Part shown: piece after piece, positions 43,578 through 53,224 of the stretch
How positions within the stretch are numbered: position 1 is the first letter of the stretch
How the letters are laid out: each line of letters starts with the position of its first letter
From: Alphaproteobacteria bacterium
GTDB taxonomy: Bacteria; Pseudomonadota; Alphaproteobacteria; Bin95
Reading direction: 5' to 3'
Length of the DNA: 64,000 nucleotides
NCBI GenBank assembly: GCA_963665325.3
Contig: CAXXWS020000003.1
Coordinates: 256,001 to 320,000, forward strand
The notes under the pieces: model-generated
What the model was told of the DNA's origin: nothing
Database searches by the model: none
The model's input: only the letters and a program-made list of their open reading frames with translations
Made by a program: the position numbers and the translations under genes

Positions 43578-44480
43578 TCAGCGGACCTTGGGCAGGGTGT
43601 GGCCCGCGAAGCCCTCGACCATCTGCACGATGGAGGTGATGTCCTCGCGGCCCTTGCCCTGCATGTGCCAGTGGCGGAAGAACTGGCGCACAGCCGACGA
43701 GACCCAGGACGGCACCTGGAGACGCTCAGCCTCGGCGAGCGCAAGCTCGATATCCTTCATGAGAATGTCCAGCGCCGCCCCGTAGGCGAAGGACCGGTCG
43801 AGCACCGAGGCCGGGACCTTGCCCACCGTTGCGCTGTTGCGCCCGGAGCCCGCATTGACCGCCTCAAGCATCGCCTCGAGATCGACCCCGGCCTTGGAGC
43901 CCATAACCAGCGCCTCGGAGGTAACGGCGAGCGCGGCGGCCGAGAGGATATTGTTGACGAGCTTGACCGTCTGCGCTGCGCCCGGCTCCTCGCCCACATG
44001 GACCACCGTCTTGCCCCAGCAGGAGAGCGCCGGCTGCAATTCGTCGAAGAGCGCGCGGCTGCCCGACGCCATCACCGAGAGCGTGCCCGCCTCCGCACCG
44101 GGCGGGCCGCCGCTGATCGGGCAGTCGAGCATCTCGATACCGGACTCGCCCAGCGCTGCCGCCATCTCGCGGATGAAGCCGGACCCGACCGTGCAGGTGT
44201 TGACCACCTTCGCGATCCGCCCGCCCTTCGCGAGCCCCTCCGCGCCGAGCCCGACTTCCCGCCAGGCGCCGAGCGTCGGCAGCGAGACGATCACCGTCTC
44301 CGCCAGGTCCGCGACCGCCTTCGGGCTCTCCGCCTCGCGCGCCTGCCGGGCCGCAAGCGGCGCCACCGCCTCGGCGCGGACATCGTGCACGATCAGGCTG
44401 TGGCCCCCGTCCAGAAGCCGCCCGGCCATCGGTCCGCCCATGGCGCCCACGCCTACGAATCCCAATTCCATGACCTTCAT
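43578..44480 (-). CDS. NAD(P)-dependent oxidoreductase (3-hydroxyisobutyrate dehydrogenase family)
   Basis: GFVGVGAMGGPMA, DCPISGG, KLVNN, KDI. Confidence 0.9.
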   Translation of the reverse strand: MKVMELGFVGVGAMGGPMAGRLLDGGHSLIVHDVRAEAVAPLAARQAREAESPKAVADLAETVIVSLPTLGAWREVGLGAEGLAKGGRIAKVVNTCTVGSGFIREMAAALGESGIEMLDCPISGGPPGAEAGTLSVMASGSRALFDELQPALSCWGKTVVHVGEEPGAAQTVKLVNNILSAAALAVTSEALVMGSKAGVDLEAMLEAVNAGSGRNSATVGKVPASVLDRSFAYGAALDILMKDIELALAEAERLQVPSWVSSAVRQFFRHWHMQGKGREDITSIVQMVEGFAGHTLPKVR

Positions 44481-44525
44481 CCCCCTTGCCGCGAGTAGTC
44501 GTCGAGTATGCGCGCGGCGGCCCCC

Positions 44526-44768
44526 TCAGGCCAGAAGCCAGCCGAGCAGCGTGCGGTTGCCTTCCACAACCTCCGTCCAGAACTGCCACGGCCAGAGCCA
44601 GAGCCGCATGAAGGCCCACAAGGCCGCACCGCCCAGCGCGGGGCCGAATTCGCCCGGCCCGAGGCCGTGGACGACATGAACGAACATGCGCGAAAAGCCT
44701 GCGACCAGCCCCAGCAGGAAGCCGATGCCCAGATAAAGCGACAGAATGCGGCGCAACAGTCTCAGCAT
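44526..44768 (-). CDS. Small hypothetical membrane protein
   Basis: 80-aa hydrophobic ORF with two likely TM segments filling the intergenic gap. Confidence 0.55.
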   Translation of the reverse strand: MLRLLRRILSLYLGIGFLLGLVAGFSRMFVHVVHGLGPGEFGPALGGAALWAFMRLWLWPWQFWTEVVEGNRTLLGWLLA

Positions 44769-44796
44769 GGCAGGCGGCTTACTTTCAGCGCACCGC

Positions 44797-45354
44797 CTAT
44801 TCCTTCATACTTTTCGCTTGCTCCCGTAGTCTGTCGATCTCCTCTACCGCCCTTATGGCTTCCTGAACCGGGATATGTCTCTTGAGTTCAACCAATCTCC
44901 GCGCCGCGTTGTCGACAGACAGCTGCAGCCCCTCTTCCTTCTCCTTTATGCGTACGTAAAGCGCCGTGGCCAATTTTTCCAACTCCATTACTCCTTTTGC
45001 TCCAACAGCGTTGGCGGCAAATGCAAGCCTATTCTCATATCTCCCAAGAGTCTTAGGAAACAGCTTCTGAACATTTTCAGCTTGCTCAGTGTTTTCCATA
45101 CTAGGGCCATAAAACCCTCTTGGCTGCAGAGCAATTACCGCATCCGCGCGGAGAGCAGTCAATTCGTCCCTCAGATCAAAAGAAAACGGGCCATGTTTAT
45201 AAAGAATGAATTTATATCCCAATGGCACTTGCGCCAAGGCTTGCAAAATATAGACCGCCTTTTGCAAATGAGTCTCTCCGCGCCAACTTTCCTGCTGCTT
45301 CAACCGGTCTATGAGACGGGTGAGAAGCGCTCCTCTCCTAACTCTGTCCACCAT
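44797..45354 (-). CDS. YwgA/Panacea (SocA, DUF4065)-like winged-helix protein
   Basis: GETHLQKAVYILQ...YKFILYKHGPFSFDL and LEKLATALY motifs; overlaps the HD gene stop by 17 nt; AT-rich. Confidence 0.7.
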   Translation of the reverse strand: MVDRVRRGALLTRLIDRLKQQESWRGETHLQKAVYILQALAQVPLGYKFILYKHGPFSFDLRDELTALRADAVIALQPRGFYGPSMENTEQAENVQKLFPKTLGRYENRLAFAANAVGAKGVMELEKLATALYVRIKEKEEGLQLSVDNAARRLVELKRHIPVQEAIRAVEEIDRLREQAKSMKE

Positions 45355-46654
45355 TCTCCTCCTTCACTGGCTCGATGACTTTGCTGAGATTACCGTCTAA
45401 CCAACCCTTTGCTTCCAGAAAACAAGATCTATCGGCGAACACATAATCAACGGAAACTACCGGCACCTGATTGAGAGCAGTCGAAACAACCAGAGACGAA
45501 ACTACACGATCATCGCGCATCCGAACCGGGAAATCAGGACCTCCTCCCTTTTGATTGTATCTATCGTGGCGAAATTTGTGATCGCCAAATTCTTCCTTTA
45601 GTGCTCGATAAACTTGTTCACCCGCTTCCTGATTTATCGCTACATCTGCCGGATTTCTTTGATAAATCACCTTGAAATGCTTGCGTCGAACTAAGCGTTT
45701 CGCATGCAAATACCCTTTTGCGCATTTGTTGATTGATTGATTCCACAAAGCAGAAATTATTGTTTCATCCGTTAAAGCGATATGCTTGTCAAGATCAATT
45801 GAAAACACACCATTATCGAGCCACTGTTTTAGAAAATCCATTAGATGAATATCGTAAATCCTGCGTACGGGATGAAAATAAACTTGGGAATACATAAAGT
45901 ATCGAGCAAGCATAAGGGCCTCAGCTGACTGCAAACCACCTTCTTCCATACCAAGAGAAGGTTCACCTGTATCAGGTGATTGCAAAATACGCAACGTATC
46001 TATCAATCTATAATGGTCAAATTTTCCGTATGCAACTCCTGCATGATATGAATCTCTAAGCAGATAATCCATGCGGTCAACGCCAAAAGCATCTCCAACA
46101 ATAATTTCGGACAAAATTGATTCCCAGTCTGAAAATACCAGATCGTCTGCCTTTTGAGGCCCTATAGCGAGTTTCACTATATCTTCGCTGCGTAGCGGCG
46201 GTGTAACTGACTTCCAAATCTCTTCCATTTCGCGGCTGGAAATAAGCTCTCGTGTTAATCGTTCGTGATCCCAACCTTCGGGCAAGAGCTCTTTCTCGGC
46301 GGCATGAGAGAACGGCAAATGTCCTATATCGTGACAAAGGGCTGCCATTCGGATGATTCGTTTCCAATAAGCACATGCGTCTGGTCGTGAAATATGTTCC
46401 AGTCGACTCTTGATTGCTTCAGAGACGTTATCTGGGTTTGTGACGACATCGAACACCCGGCCGGCAAGGTCCATAACACCGAGGGAATGCTCAAACCGGC
46501 GATGTGTCGCGCCCGGATAAACCAGATAGGTCGTTGCAAGCTGGTGAACATGCCGCAGCCGTTGAAACGGGCGGGAGTCCAGCACCTTTCGTTCATCACC
46601 ATCCATGCGGATGAATATATGGATGGGGTCCCTGATTTCATGTATGTGCTGCAT
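45338..46654 (-). CDS. HD-domain dNTP triphosphohydrolase (SAMHD1/YwfO-like)
   Basis: IRDPIH, FQRLRHVHQL, YPGATHRRFEHSLG, HDIGHLPFSH, DRMDYLLRD, MYSQVYFH; AT-rich. Confidence 0.9.
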   Translation of the reverse strand: MQHIHEIRDPIHIFIRMDGDERKVLDSRPFQRLRHVHQLATTYLVYPGATHRRFEHSLGVMDLAGRVFDVVTNPDNVSEAIKSRLEHISRPDACAYWKRIIRMAALCHDIGHLPFSHAAEKELLPEGWDHERLTRELISSREMEEIWKSVTPPLRSEDIVKLAIGPQKADDLVFSDWESILSEIIVGDAFGVDRMDYLLRDSYHAGVAYGKFDHYRLIDTLRILQSPDTGEPSLGMEEGGLQSAEALMLARYFMYSQVYFHPVRRIYDIHLMDFLKQWLDNGVFSIDLDKHIALTDETIISALWNQSINKCAKGYLHAKRLVRRKHFKVIYQRNPADVAINQEAGEQVYRALKEEFGDHKFRHDRYNQKGGGPDFPVRMRDDRVVSSLVVSTALNQVPVVSVDYVFADRSCFLEAKGWLDGNLSKVIEPVKEENGGQS

Positions 46655-46798
46655 CGGCGGAGCATGGCCGGGGGCGGGCAGGGCATTGGATTGAGCCGGC
46701 ACACTCGATCCAAGAAGGATGTTGAAGGGTTTCGGACGCGACCGCAAGACGGGCACGTGCCTTGAACGGCATGCGAAACACCGTTACCAGACACCCCC

Positions 46799-47290
46799 AT
46801 GACCGCCATGACCCTGGTGCTCGGCGGCGCCGCCTCCGGCAAGAGCCGTTACGCCGAATCGCTGTTTGACGGACCCGCCGTCTATATCGCCACGGCCGAG
46901 GCCGGCGACGCCGAAATGGCGGACCGCATCGCCCGGCACCGTGCCCGGCGGGGCGCTTGCTGGACAACCGTCGAGGCGCCTTGCCGACTGCCGGAAGCGC
47001 TGGCGAACGCCCGCGACATACCGGCGCTGGCGGACTGCCTGACGCTCTGGCTTTCCAACGCGCTCGCCGCCGGCCGGGAGCCCGATACCGAAGCGCTGCT
47101 GGCCGCCGTCGTCGGCCGCAACCGCCAGACGGTGCTGGTCTCGAACGAGACCGGCATGGGCCTCGTGCCCTCAACGCCTCTCGGCCGCCGCTTTCGCGAT
47201 GCCCAGGGGCAGTTGAACGAAGAGGTCGCCCGCGTCGCGGACCGGGTCGTGTTCGTGGCGGCCGGCCTGCCGCTCGTGCTCAAGCCCTGA
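46799..47290 (+). CDS. cobU: Adenosylcobinamide kinase / cobinamide-phosphate guanylyltransferase (CobU/CobP)
   Basis: GGAASGKS, YIATA, DCLTLWL, VSNETGMG, FRD, AGLP. Confidence 0.93.
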   Translation: MTAMTLVLGGAASGKSRYAESLFDGPAVYIATAEAGDAEMADRIARHRARRGACWTTVEAPCRLPEALANARDIPALADCLTLWLSNALAAGREPDTEALLAAVVGRNRQTVLVSNETGMGLVPSTPLGRRFRDAQGQLNEEVARVADRVVFVAAGLPLVLKP

Positions 47291-47301
47291 AGGCGCCGAT
47301 C

Positions 47302-48345
47302 ATGCTCAAACCGAAAATCCCGGCAACCGTCGTCACCGGTTTCCTCGGCGCCGGCAAGACCAGCCTGGTCCGCCACCTGCTGGAGAATGCCGGCGGGCGG
47401 CGCCTGGCGATTGTCGTCAACGAATTCGGCGATCTGGGTATCGACGGCGACCTGCTGCGCGCCTGCGGAATCGAGGGCTGCGAAGATGAGGACATCGTCG
47501 AGCTCGCCAACGGCTGCATCTGCTGCACGGTCGCCGACGATTTCCTACCGACCATGCAGGCGCTTCTGGACCGGCCGGACCCGCCCGACCATATCGTGAT
47601 CGAAACCTCGGGCCTCGCGTTGCCGAAACCTCTGGTGCAGGCCTTTGCCTGGCCGGAGGTGCGCTCCCGCACGACGGTGGACGGCGTGATCGCGGTGGTG
47701 GATGCCGCGGCCGTCTCGGCCGGGCGCTTTGCGGCCGATCCCGATGAGGTCGAGGCTGCACGCCGGGCCGATCCCGCTCTCGACCACGATGCGCCGCTGG
47801 AAGAGCTGTTCGAGGACCAGCTCGCCGCCGCCGACCTCGTCGTCGTCAACAAGCGCGATCTTCTGGACACGCCGGAATGGGCGGGCGTGCTGGCCCAGGT
47901 GCAGGAGGGACTGCGCTCGCCTGCGGTCAAGACGGTCGGCGCAACCGGCGGGGCGGTCGATGCGCGCCTGCTGCTCGGCCTGAACGCGGCGGCGGAAGAC
48001 GACATCGACGCACGACCTTCGCACCATGACGGCGAGGACGACCACGACCATGACGATTTCGAGAGCTTCGCCGTTGAGGCGGGGCCGGTCGATCCGGCTG
48101 CTCTCGCGGAACGCATTTCGGCGGCAGCAGAGGGCCATGACGTGCTCCGCATCAAGGGCTTCGCCGCGGTGGAGGGCAAGGCGATGCGGCTCGCGGTCCA
48201 AGGCGTCGGCGCCCGCACCGAGACCTGGTACGACCGGCCCTGGCAGGCCGGCGAGAAGCCGGCGACCCGGCTGGTGATAATCGGCTTCGCCGGTCTCGAC
48301 CGCGAGGCCGTCGCCCGGACGCTCGGCGGGCGGTGCATCTCCTAG
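47302..48345 (+). CDS. cobW: Cobalamin biosynthesis GTPase CobW
   Basis: TGFLGAGKT, NEFG, GCICC, IETSGLALPKPLV, His/Asp-rich linker. Confidence 0.95.
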   Translation: MLKPKIPATVVTGFLGAGKTSLVRHLLENAGGRRLAIVVNEFGDLGIDGDLLRACGIEGCEDEDIVELANGCICCTVADDFLPTMQALLDRPDPPDHIVIETSGLALPKPLVQAFAWPEVRSRTTVDGVIAVVDAAAVSAGRFAADPDEVEAARRADPALDHDAPLEELFEDQLAAADLVVVNKRDLLDTPEWAGVLAQVQEGLRSPAVKTVGATGGAVDARLLLGLNAAAEDDIDARPSHHDGEDDHDHDDFESFAVEAGPVDPAALAERISAAAEGHDVLRIKGFAAVEGKAMRLAVQGVGARTETWYDRPWQAGEKPATRLVIIGFAGLDREAVARTLGGRCIS

Positions 48346-51300
48346 CGGCAACTCCCGGCGCGGTCGAGGACGGCGAGGCGGTCGACCTCGGCCAGACGCC
48401 GGGCGACATCGCGATCCTGAGCGCCGCCGACACGGAACTCGCCCTGCTCGCCGAGGCCCAGCGAAAACGCCTTGCCGAGGACAGCCGGGCGCCGTCGCTG
48501 CGTCTCGCCAACATCATGGCGCTCGGCCACAACCTGTCTGTCGATCTGCATGCCGAGCGCGTGCTCTCCCGCGCCCGATTGGTCGTGGTGCGGCTGCTCG
48601 GCGGGCGCGGCTACTGGCCCTACGGCGTCGAGCGGCTGAGCGCGCTGGAGGCGCCGGTCGCGCTGTTGCCGGGCGACGACCAGGCGGACCCGGAACTCGA
48701 CGCCTGGTCCAGCCTCGATGCAGGCGCCTGCCGCCGCCTTTGGCGCTACCTGGCGGAGGGCGGGCCCGACAATGCGCTCAACTGCCTGCGCTACGCAGCT
48801 CACCTCCTCGGGCGCCCCGCCGCCTGGCAGGAGCCCGCGCCGATCCCCCGCGCACAGTCCTACGAGGCGGCAACAGGCGCGGGCCCGGTCGCACCGTTGT
48901 TGTTCTACCGCGCGCATCTACAGGCCGGGAATGTCGCGGCGATCGACATGCTGGCCAAGGAGATGGCGGCGGCGGGCCTCGCGCCCCGCCCGGTCGCAAT
49001 CTCGAGCCTCAAGGACCCGGACTCGCTCGGCCTGCTTCACCGGCTGTTCGCCCGCGAGCCGCCGGCCGTGATCGTCAACACAACCGGGTTCGCCGCGCGC
49101 GGCGCGGACGGGCCGGGGCCGCTCGACCGTTACGACTGCCCGGTGGTCCAGGCGGTGCTGTCGGGCGGCGCGGAGGCCGTCTGGCGCGAAGGCACGCGCG
49201 GCCTCTCCCCGCGCGACATCGCCATGAACATCGCGCTCCCGGAGGTGGACGGGCGGCTTATCTCGCGCGCGGTCTCCTTCAAGGCGCCGAGCCGGCGCGA
49301 TGCGGCGACGGAGTGCGACATTACCCGCTACCGGCCGGTGCCGGACCGGGTGCGCTTCGTGGCGCAACTCGCCGCCAATTGGGCGCGGCTCCGCCGGCCG
49401 GGCCGCAAGCGCATCGCGCTGATCCTCGCAAACTACCCGACTCGCGACGGGCGCATCGGCAACGGCGTCGGCCTCGACACCCCGGCCTCGGCGCTCGCCG
49501 TGCTACGCGCGCTCGGGGCCGAGGGGCTGCCGGCGGATGGCGACGCGCTCATGCGCCTGCTACAGGGAGCGCGGATCGGCGGGCCCGTCTTTTCGAAAGG
49601 CGCGTTCGAGGCCTTCCTGGACGACCTGCCCGAAGCCGCCACGGAAACTGTGCGCGAACGCTGGGGCCTCGACTGCCGGGACACCGTAATACCCGCGCTC
49701 CTGTTCGGCGATATCGCCGTCGCGGTGCAGCCGTCGCGCGGCTACGACATCGACCCGGCTTCCAGCTACCACGATCCCGCCCTGCCGCCACCGCCCGCCT
49801 ATCTCGCCTTCTACGGCTGGCTGAGGCGGAGCTTTGCGGCCGACGCGGTCATCCATCTCGGCAAGCACGGCAATCTGGAATGGCTGCCGGGCAAGGCGCT
49901 GGCGCTCTCCGGGGACTGCTTCCCGGACGCCGTGCTCGGGCCCACGCCGAACCTCTACCCCTTCATCGTCAACGATCCAGGCGAGGGCGCGCAGGCGAAG
50001 CGCCGCACTCATGCCGCAATCGTGGACCATCTGACCCCGCCGCTCACGCGCGCCGAGAGCCACGGACCGATGGTGGAGCTGGAAAGACTGGTGGACGAAT
50101 ATTATCAGGCAGCGTCGCTCGATCCGCGCCGCCTGCCCGTGCTGGCTTCGGATATCCGGGATCTTGCCGAGCGAGAGGGACTGGCGGCCGATTGCGGCAT
50201 CCGGCCGGAGGACGGCGAAGCGGCGGCGCTCGGCAAGCTCGACGGCTATCTCTGCGAGTTGAAGGAACTCCAGATTCGCGACGGGCTGCATGTCTTCGGC
50301 GCCTCTCCGGACGACCGCCTGCGCCGCGACCTGCTGGTCGCCGCCATGCGCTCCCGGTTGCTGCCGGCGCTCATGGCGGACCTCGGCATCGAGATCGGCG
50401 AGGACCTGGCAACGCCCTGGACCGGATCCCGTCCGGCCTTTCTCTCAGGCGACGCCCTCTGGCGCACCGCAGGCGACACGCTGGAGCGGCTTGAGGCGTC
50501 CATGACACGGCTGGCGGAAGGCGCGGAGACGGCGCCCGGCCCCGAAAGCGCCGCTGCGCTCGGCTTCCTCAGCGAAACGCTGGCTCCTGCGCTGGATTGC
50601 TCGGGCGAGGCGGAAATCGCGGGCCTCAGGGCGGGCCTTGCCGGCCGGTTCGTCGAGCCCGGCCCCTCCGGCGCTCCGACGCGGGGCCGGCCGGACGTAT
50701 TGCCGACAGGGCGCAACTTCTATTCCGTCGATACCCGCGCCGTGCCGACGCCCGCCTCCGTGCAGCTCGGATGGCATTCGGCGACCCTGCTGGTCGAGCG
50801 TCATGTCCGCGACCACGGCGAGTGGCCGCGCGCGCTCGCGCTCAGCGCCTGGGGAACCAGCACCATGCGGACCGGCGGCGACGACATCGCCCAGGCGCTG
50901 GCGCTGATGGGCGTGCGTCCAACCTGGGATGCCGCCTCCGGGCGCGTGACCGGCTTCGAGATCGTGCCGCGCGATGTGCTCGACCGTCCGCGCATCGATG
51001 TCACGCTCCGCATTTCGGGGTTCTTCCGCGACGCCTTCCCGGGGCTGATCGACCTGTTCGACAGCGCCGTGCGCGCCGTCGCCCGGCTCGATGAAGACGA
51101 TAACCCGCTCTACACGCCGGAAGATGACAGCTTCCGCGAGGCGACCTGGCGCGTGTTCGGCTCGATGCCGGGGGCCTACGGGGCGGGCCTGCAAGCACTG
51201 ATCGACGAGGGCGGCTGGGAAGGCCCCGAGGACCTCGCGCGCGCCTATGTCGCCTGGGGCGGCTACGCCTATGGCGCCGGTGAGGAGGGAAAGCCGGCGC

Positions 51301-51851
51301 ACCGCGCGTTCGAGCGCCGCCTCGCGCGCGTCGAGGCCGTGGTCCACAACCAGGACAATCGCGAGCACGACCTGCTCGACAGCGACGACTACTACCAGTT
51401 CGAAGGCGGGCTGACGGCGGCGGCGGCAATGCTCTCCGGGCGCCGTCCTGCGGTCTATCACAACGACCACACGCGCCCGGAGCGCCCGCGCATCTTCAGC
51501 CTGGAGGAAGAGATCGCCCGCACGGTGCGCGCCCGGGCCGCCAACCCCAAGTGGATCCGGGGCGTCATGCGCCACGGATACAAGGGCGCCTTCGAGATCG
51601 CCGCCACCGTCGATTACCTGTTCGCCTTCGCCGCAACGACGGGCGCGGTGCGCGACCATCATTTCGAGATGCTGTTCGACGCCTATATCCGCGACGAGGC
51701 GGTGCGGGCGTTCATGGAGCGCAGCAATCCCGCCGCGCTCCGCGAAACGGCCACGCGATTCCTGGAGGCGCTGGACCGGGGTCTGTGGCGGCCGAGGGCC
51801 AATTTCGGCTATGATCTGCTCCGGTCGCTGGCCAGCGGAGAGCCCCCATGA
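48333..51851 (+). CDS. cobN: Cobaltochelatase subunit CobN
   Basis: MHLLAA, ALPEVDGR, HLGKHGNLEWLPGK, GEGAQAKRR, LPTGRNFYS, RISGFFRD, NPKWI. Confidence 0.96.
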   Translation: MHLLAATPGAVEDGEAVDLGQTPGDIAILSAADTELALLAEAQRKRLAEDSRAPSLRLANIMALGHNLSVDLHAERVLSRARLVVVRLLGGRGYWPYGVERLSALEAPVALLPGDDQADPELDAWSSLDAGACRRLWRYLAEGGPDNALNCLRYAAHLLGRPAAWQEPAPIPRAQSYEAATGAGPVAPLLFYRAHLQAGNVAAIDMLAKEMAAAGLAPRPVAISSLKDPDSLGLLHRLFAREPPAVIVNTTGFAARGADGPGPLDRYDCPVVQAVLSGGAEAVWREGTRGLSPRDIAMNIALPEVDGRLISRAVSFKAPSRRDAATECDITRYRPVPDRVRFVAQLAANWARLRRPGRKRIALILANYPTRDGRIGNGVGLDTPASALAVLRALGAEGLPADGDALMRLLQGARIGGPVFSKGAFEAFLDDLPEAATETVRERWGLDCRDTVIPALLFGDIAVAVQPSRGYDIDPASSYHDPALPPPPAYLAFYGWLRRSFAADAVIHLGKHGNLEWLPGKALALSGDCFPDAVLGPTPNLYPFIVNDPGEGAQAKRRTHAAIVDHLTPPLTRAESHGPMVELERLVDEYYQAASLDPRRLPVLASDIRDLAEREGLAADCGIRPEDGEAAALGKLDGYLCELKELQIRDGLHVFGASPDDRLRRDLLVAAMRSRLLPALMADLGIEIGEDLATPWTGSRPAFLSGDALWRTAGDTLERLEASMTRLAEGAETAPGPESAAALGFLSETLAPALDCSGEAEIAGLRAGLAGRFVEPGPSGAPTRGRPDVLPTGRNFYSVDTRAVPTPASVQLGWHSATLLVERHVRDHGEWPRALALSAWGTSTMRTGGDDIAQALALMGVRPTWDAASGRVTGFEIVPRDVLDRPRIDVTLRISGFFRDAFPGLIDLFDSAVRAVARLDEDDNPLYTPEDDSFREATWRVFGSMPGAYGAGLQALIDEGGWEGPEDLARAYVAWGGYAYGAGEEGKPAHRAFERRLARVEAVVHNQDNREHDLLDSDDYYQFEGGLTAAAAMLSGRRPAVYHNDHTRPERPRIFSLEEEIARTVRARAANPKWIRGVMRHGYKGAFEIAATVDYLFAFAATTGAVRDHHFEMLFDAYIRDEAVRAFMERSNPAALRETATRFLEALDRGLWRPRANFGYDLLRSLASGEPP

Positions 51852-52477
51852 GCCGAGAGTCCGGCGTCCCCGACGAGGCGGCCGTCAACGCCCGCGCCAA
51901 CGAGAAGGCCCGCAAGCGCAAGGCGGCGCGCGACCGGGTGCTGGCAACCAAGACGATCGAAAAGGGCCTGCTGATCGTCCATACCGGCAAGGGGAAGGGT
52001 AAATCGACGGCAGCCTTCGGGCTTGCCGCCCGCGCCGTCGGCAACGGCCTCAAGGTCGGCGTGGTCCAGTTCGTCAAGGGCGTGTGGCATACAGGGGAGC
52101 GGGAGGTGTTCGCCCGCTTTCCGGACCTGGTCGAGATTCGCGCCATGGGCGAAGGCTTCACCTGGGAGACGCAGGACCGGGCGCGCGACATCGCGGCGGC
52201 CGAAGCGGCCTGGGAGCTGTCGGAGGCCATGATGGCCGACCCGTCCAATGCCATGGTGATCCTCGACGAGCTGAACATCGTGCTGCGCTACGGCTATCTG
52301 GACCTCGACCGGGTGCTCTCGGCGCTGGCGAACCGCCGGGACGACCTGCATGTCGTCGTCACCGGGCGCAATGCCCGGCCGGAATTGATTGAAGTTGCCG
52401 ACCTCGTCACCGAAATGACTCTGGTGAAGCACCCCTTCCGCGCCGGCGTAAAGGCCCAGATCGGCATCGAATTCTAG
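51848..52477 (+). CDS. cobO: Cob(I)yrinic acid a,c-diamide adenosyltransferase
   Basis: HTGKGKGKSTAAFG, QFVKG, GEGFTW, LDELN, TGRNA, KHPF, GIEF. Confidence 0.96.
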   Translation: MSRESGVPDEAAVNARANEKARKRKAARDRVLATKTIEKGLLIVHTGKGKGKSTAAFGLAARAVGNGLKVGVVQFVKGVWHTGEREVFARFPDLVEIRAMGEGFTWETQDRARDIAAAEAAWELSEAMMADPSNAMVILDELNIVLRYGYLDLDRVLSALANRRDDLHVVVTGRNARPELIEVADLVTEMTLVKHPFRAGVKAQIGIEF

Positions 52478-52481
52478 GAGC

Positions 52482-53180
52482 ATGGCGCAGATGAGATACC
52501 TTCCCGCCCGACCGATCCTCCCGCTCCTCCTGGTTGCGGCCATGTGGTCGGCGCCCCTATCGGCATCGACAGACGAGACAGAAGCGAACGAGCTCGTCGA
52601 CAAGGCCCGCATTACAGTGCAGCGCCTCGGCCGAGATTCGGATGTGGGACCCAATCTCCGGCGCTTTCTCGCCCAGGCAAAGGCGGTGCTGATCTTCCCG
52701 ACCCTCATCAAGGGCGCATTCCTTCTGGGCGGCGAGGGCGGCAGCGGCTTGTTGATGGTGCGCGACGAGAAGGGATCGTGGAGCTACCCCGCGTTCTACA
52801 CCATGGCGTCGGTGAGCTTCGGCTTCCAGATCGGCGGCCAGACCGCCGAGGCGATGCTGCTGATGCGCACGGAAGGCGCCCTGAAGGCCGTGCTCGAAGA
52901 CCAGATGAAGCTCGGCGCTGATGCGTCCGTCGCCGCCGGCCCCATAGGCGCGGGCATAGAGGGCTCGACGACCAGTAATGTCGGGCCCGATATCCTCACC
53001 TTCTCGACAAGCCAGGGCTTCTTCGCTGGCGCGTCTCTCGAAGGCGCGGTGATTGCGCGCCGCCAGGACTGGAACCGGGCCTTCTACAAGGCGGGCGCAA
53101 CGCCACACGCCATCGTCATAGAGCGCACCCACGCCAACCCCGCAGCCGATGCGCTTCGCGAGACGTTGAGCCGGTTCTAG
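52482..53180 (+). CDS. Lipid-binding SYLF (Ysc84) domain protein, exported
   Basis: Signal peptide; [45 protein letters not shown]. Confidence 0.88.
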   Translation: MAQMRYLPARPILPLLLVAAMWSAPLSASTDETEANELVDKARITVQRLGRDSDVGPNLRRFLAQAKAVLIFPTLIKGAFLLGGEGGSGLLMVRDEKGSWSYPAFYTMASVSFGFQIGGQTAEAMLLMRTEGALKAVLEDQMKLGADASVAAGPIGAGIEGSTTSNVGPDILTFSTSQGFFAGASLEGAVIARRQDWNRAFYKAGATPHAIVIERTHANPAADALRETLSRF

Positions 53181-53224
53181 GCGGCCGAAACGCCGGGCGG
53201 GCCCAAACGCAAGGCGTCGTTCGA

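Noticed and set aside
46655-46798. Cobalamin riboswitch upstream of cobU (also sought upstream of rdhA, 19850-20033)
   Set aside because: No GGGAA...GCCCCCGCAACTGT or GCCACTG...AGYCAG core found by eye
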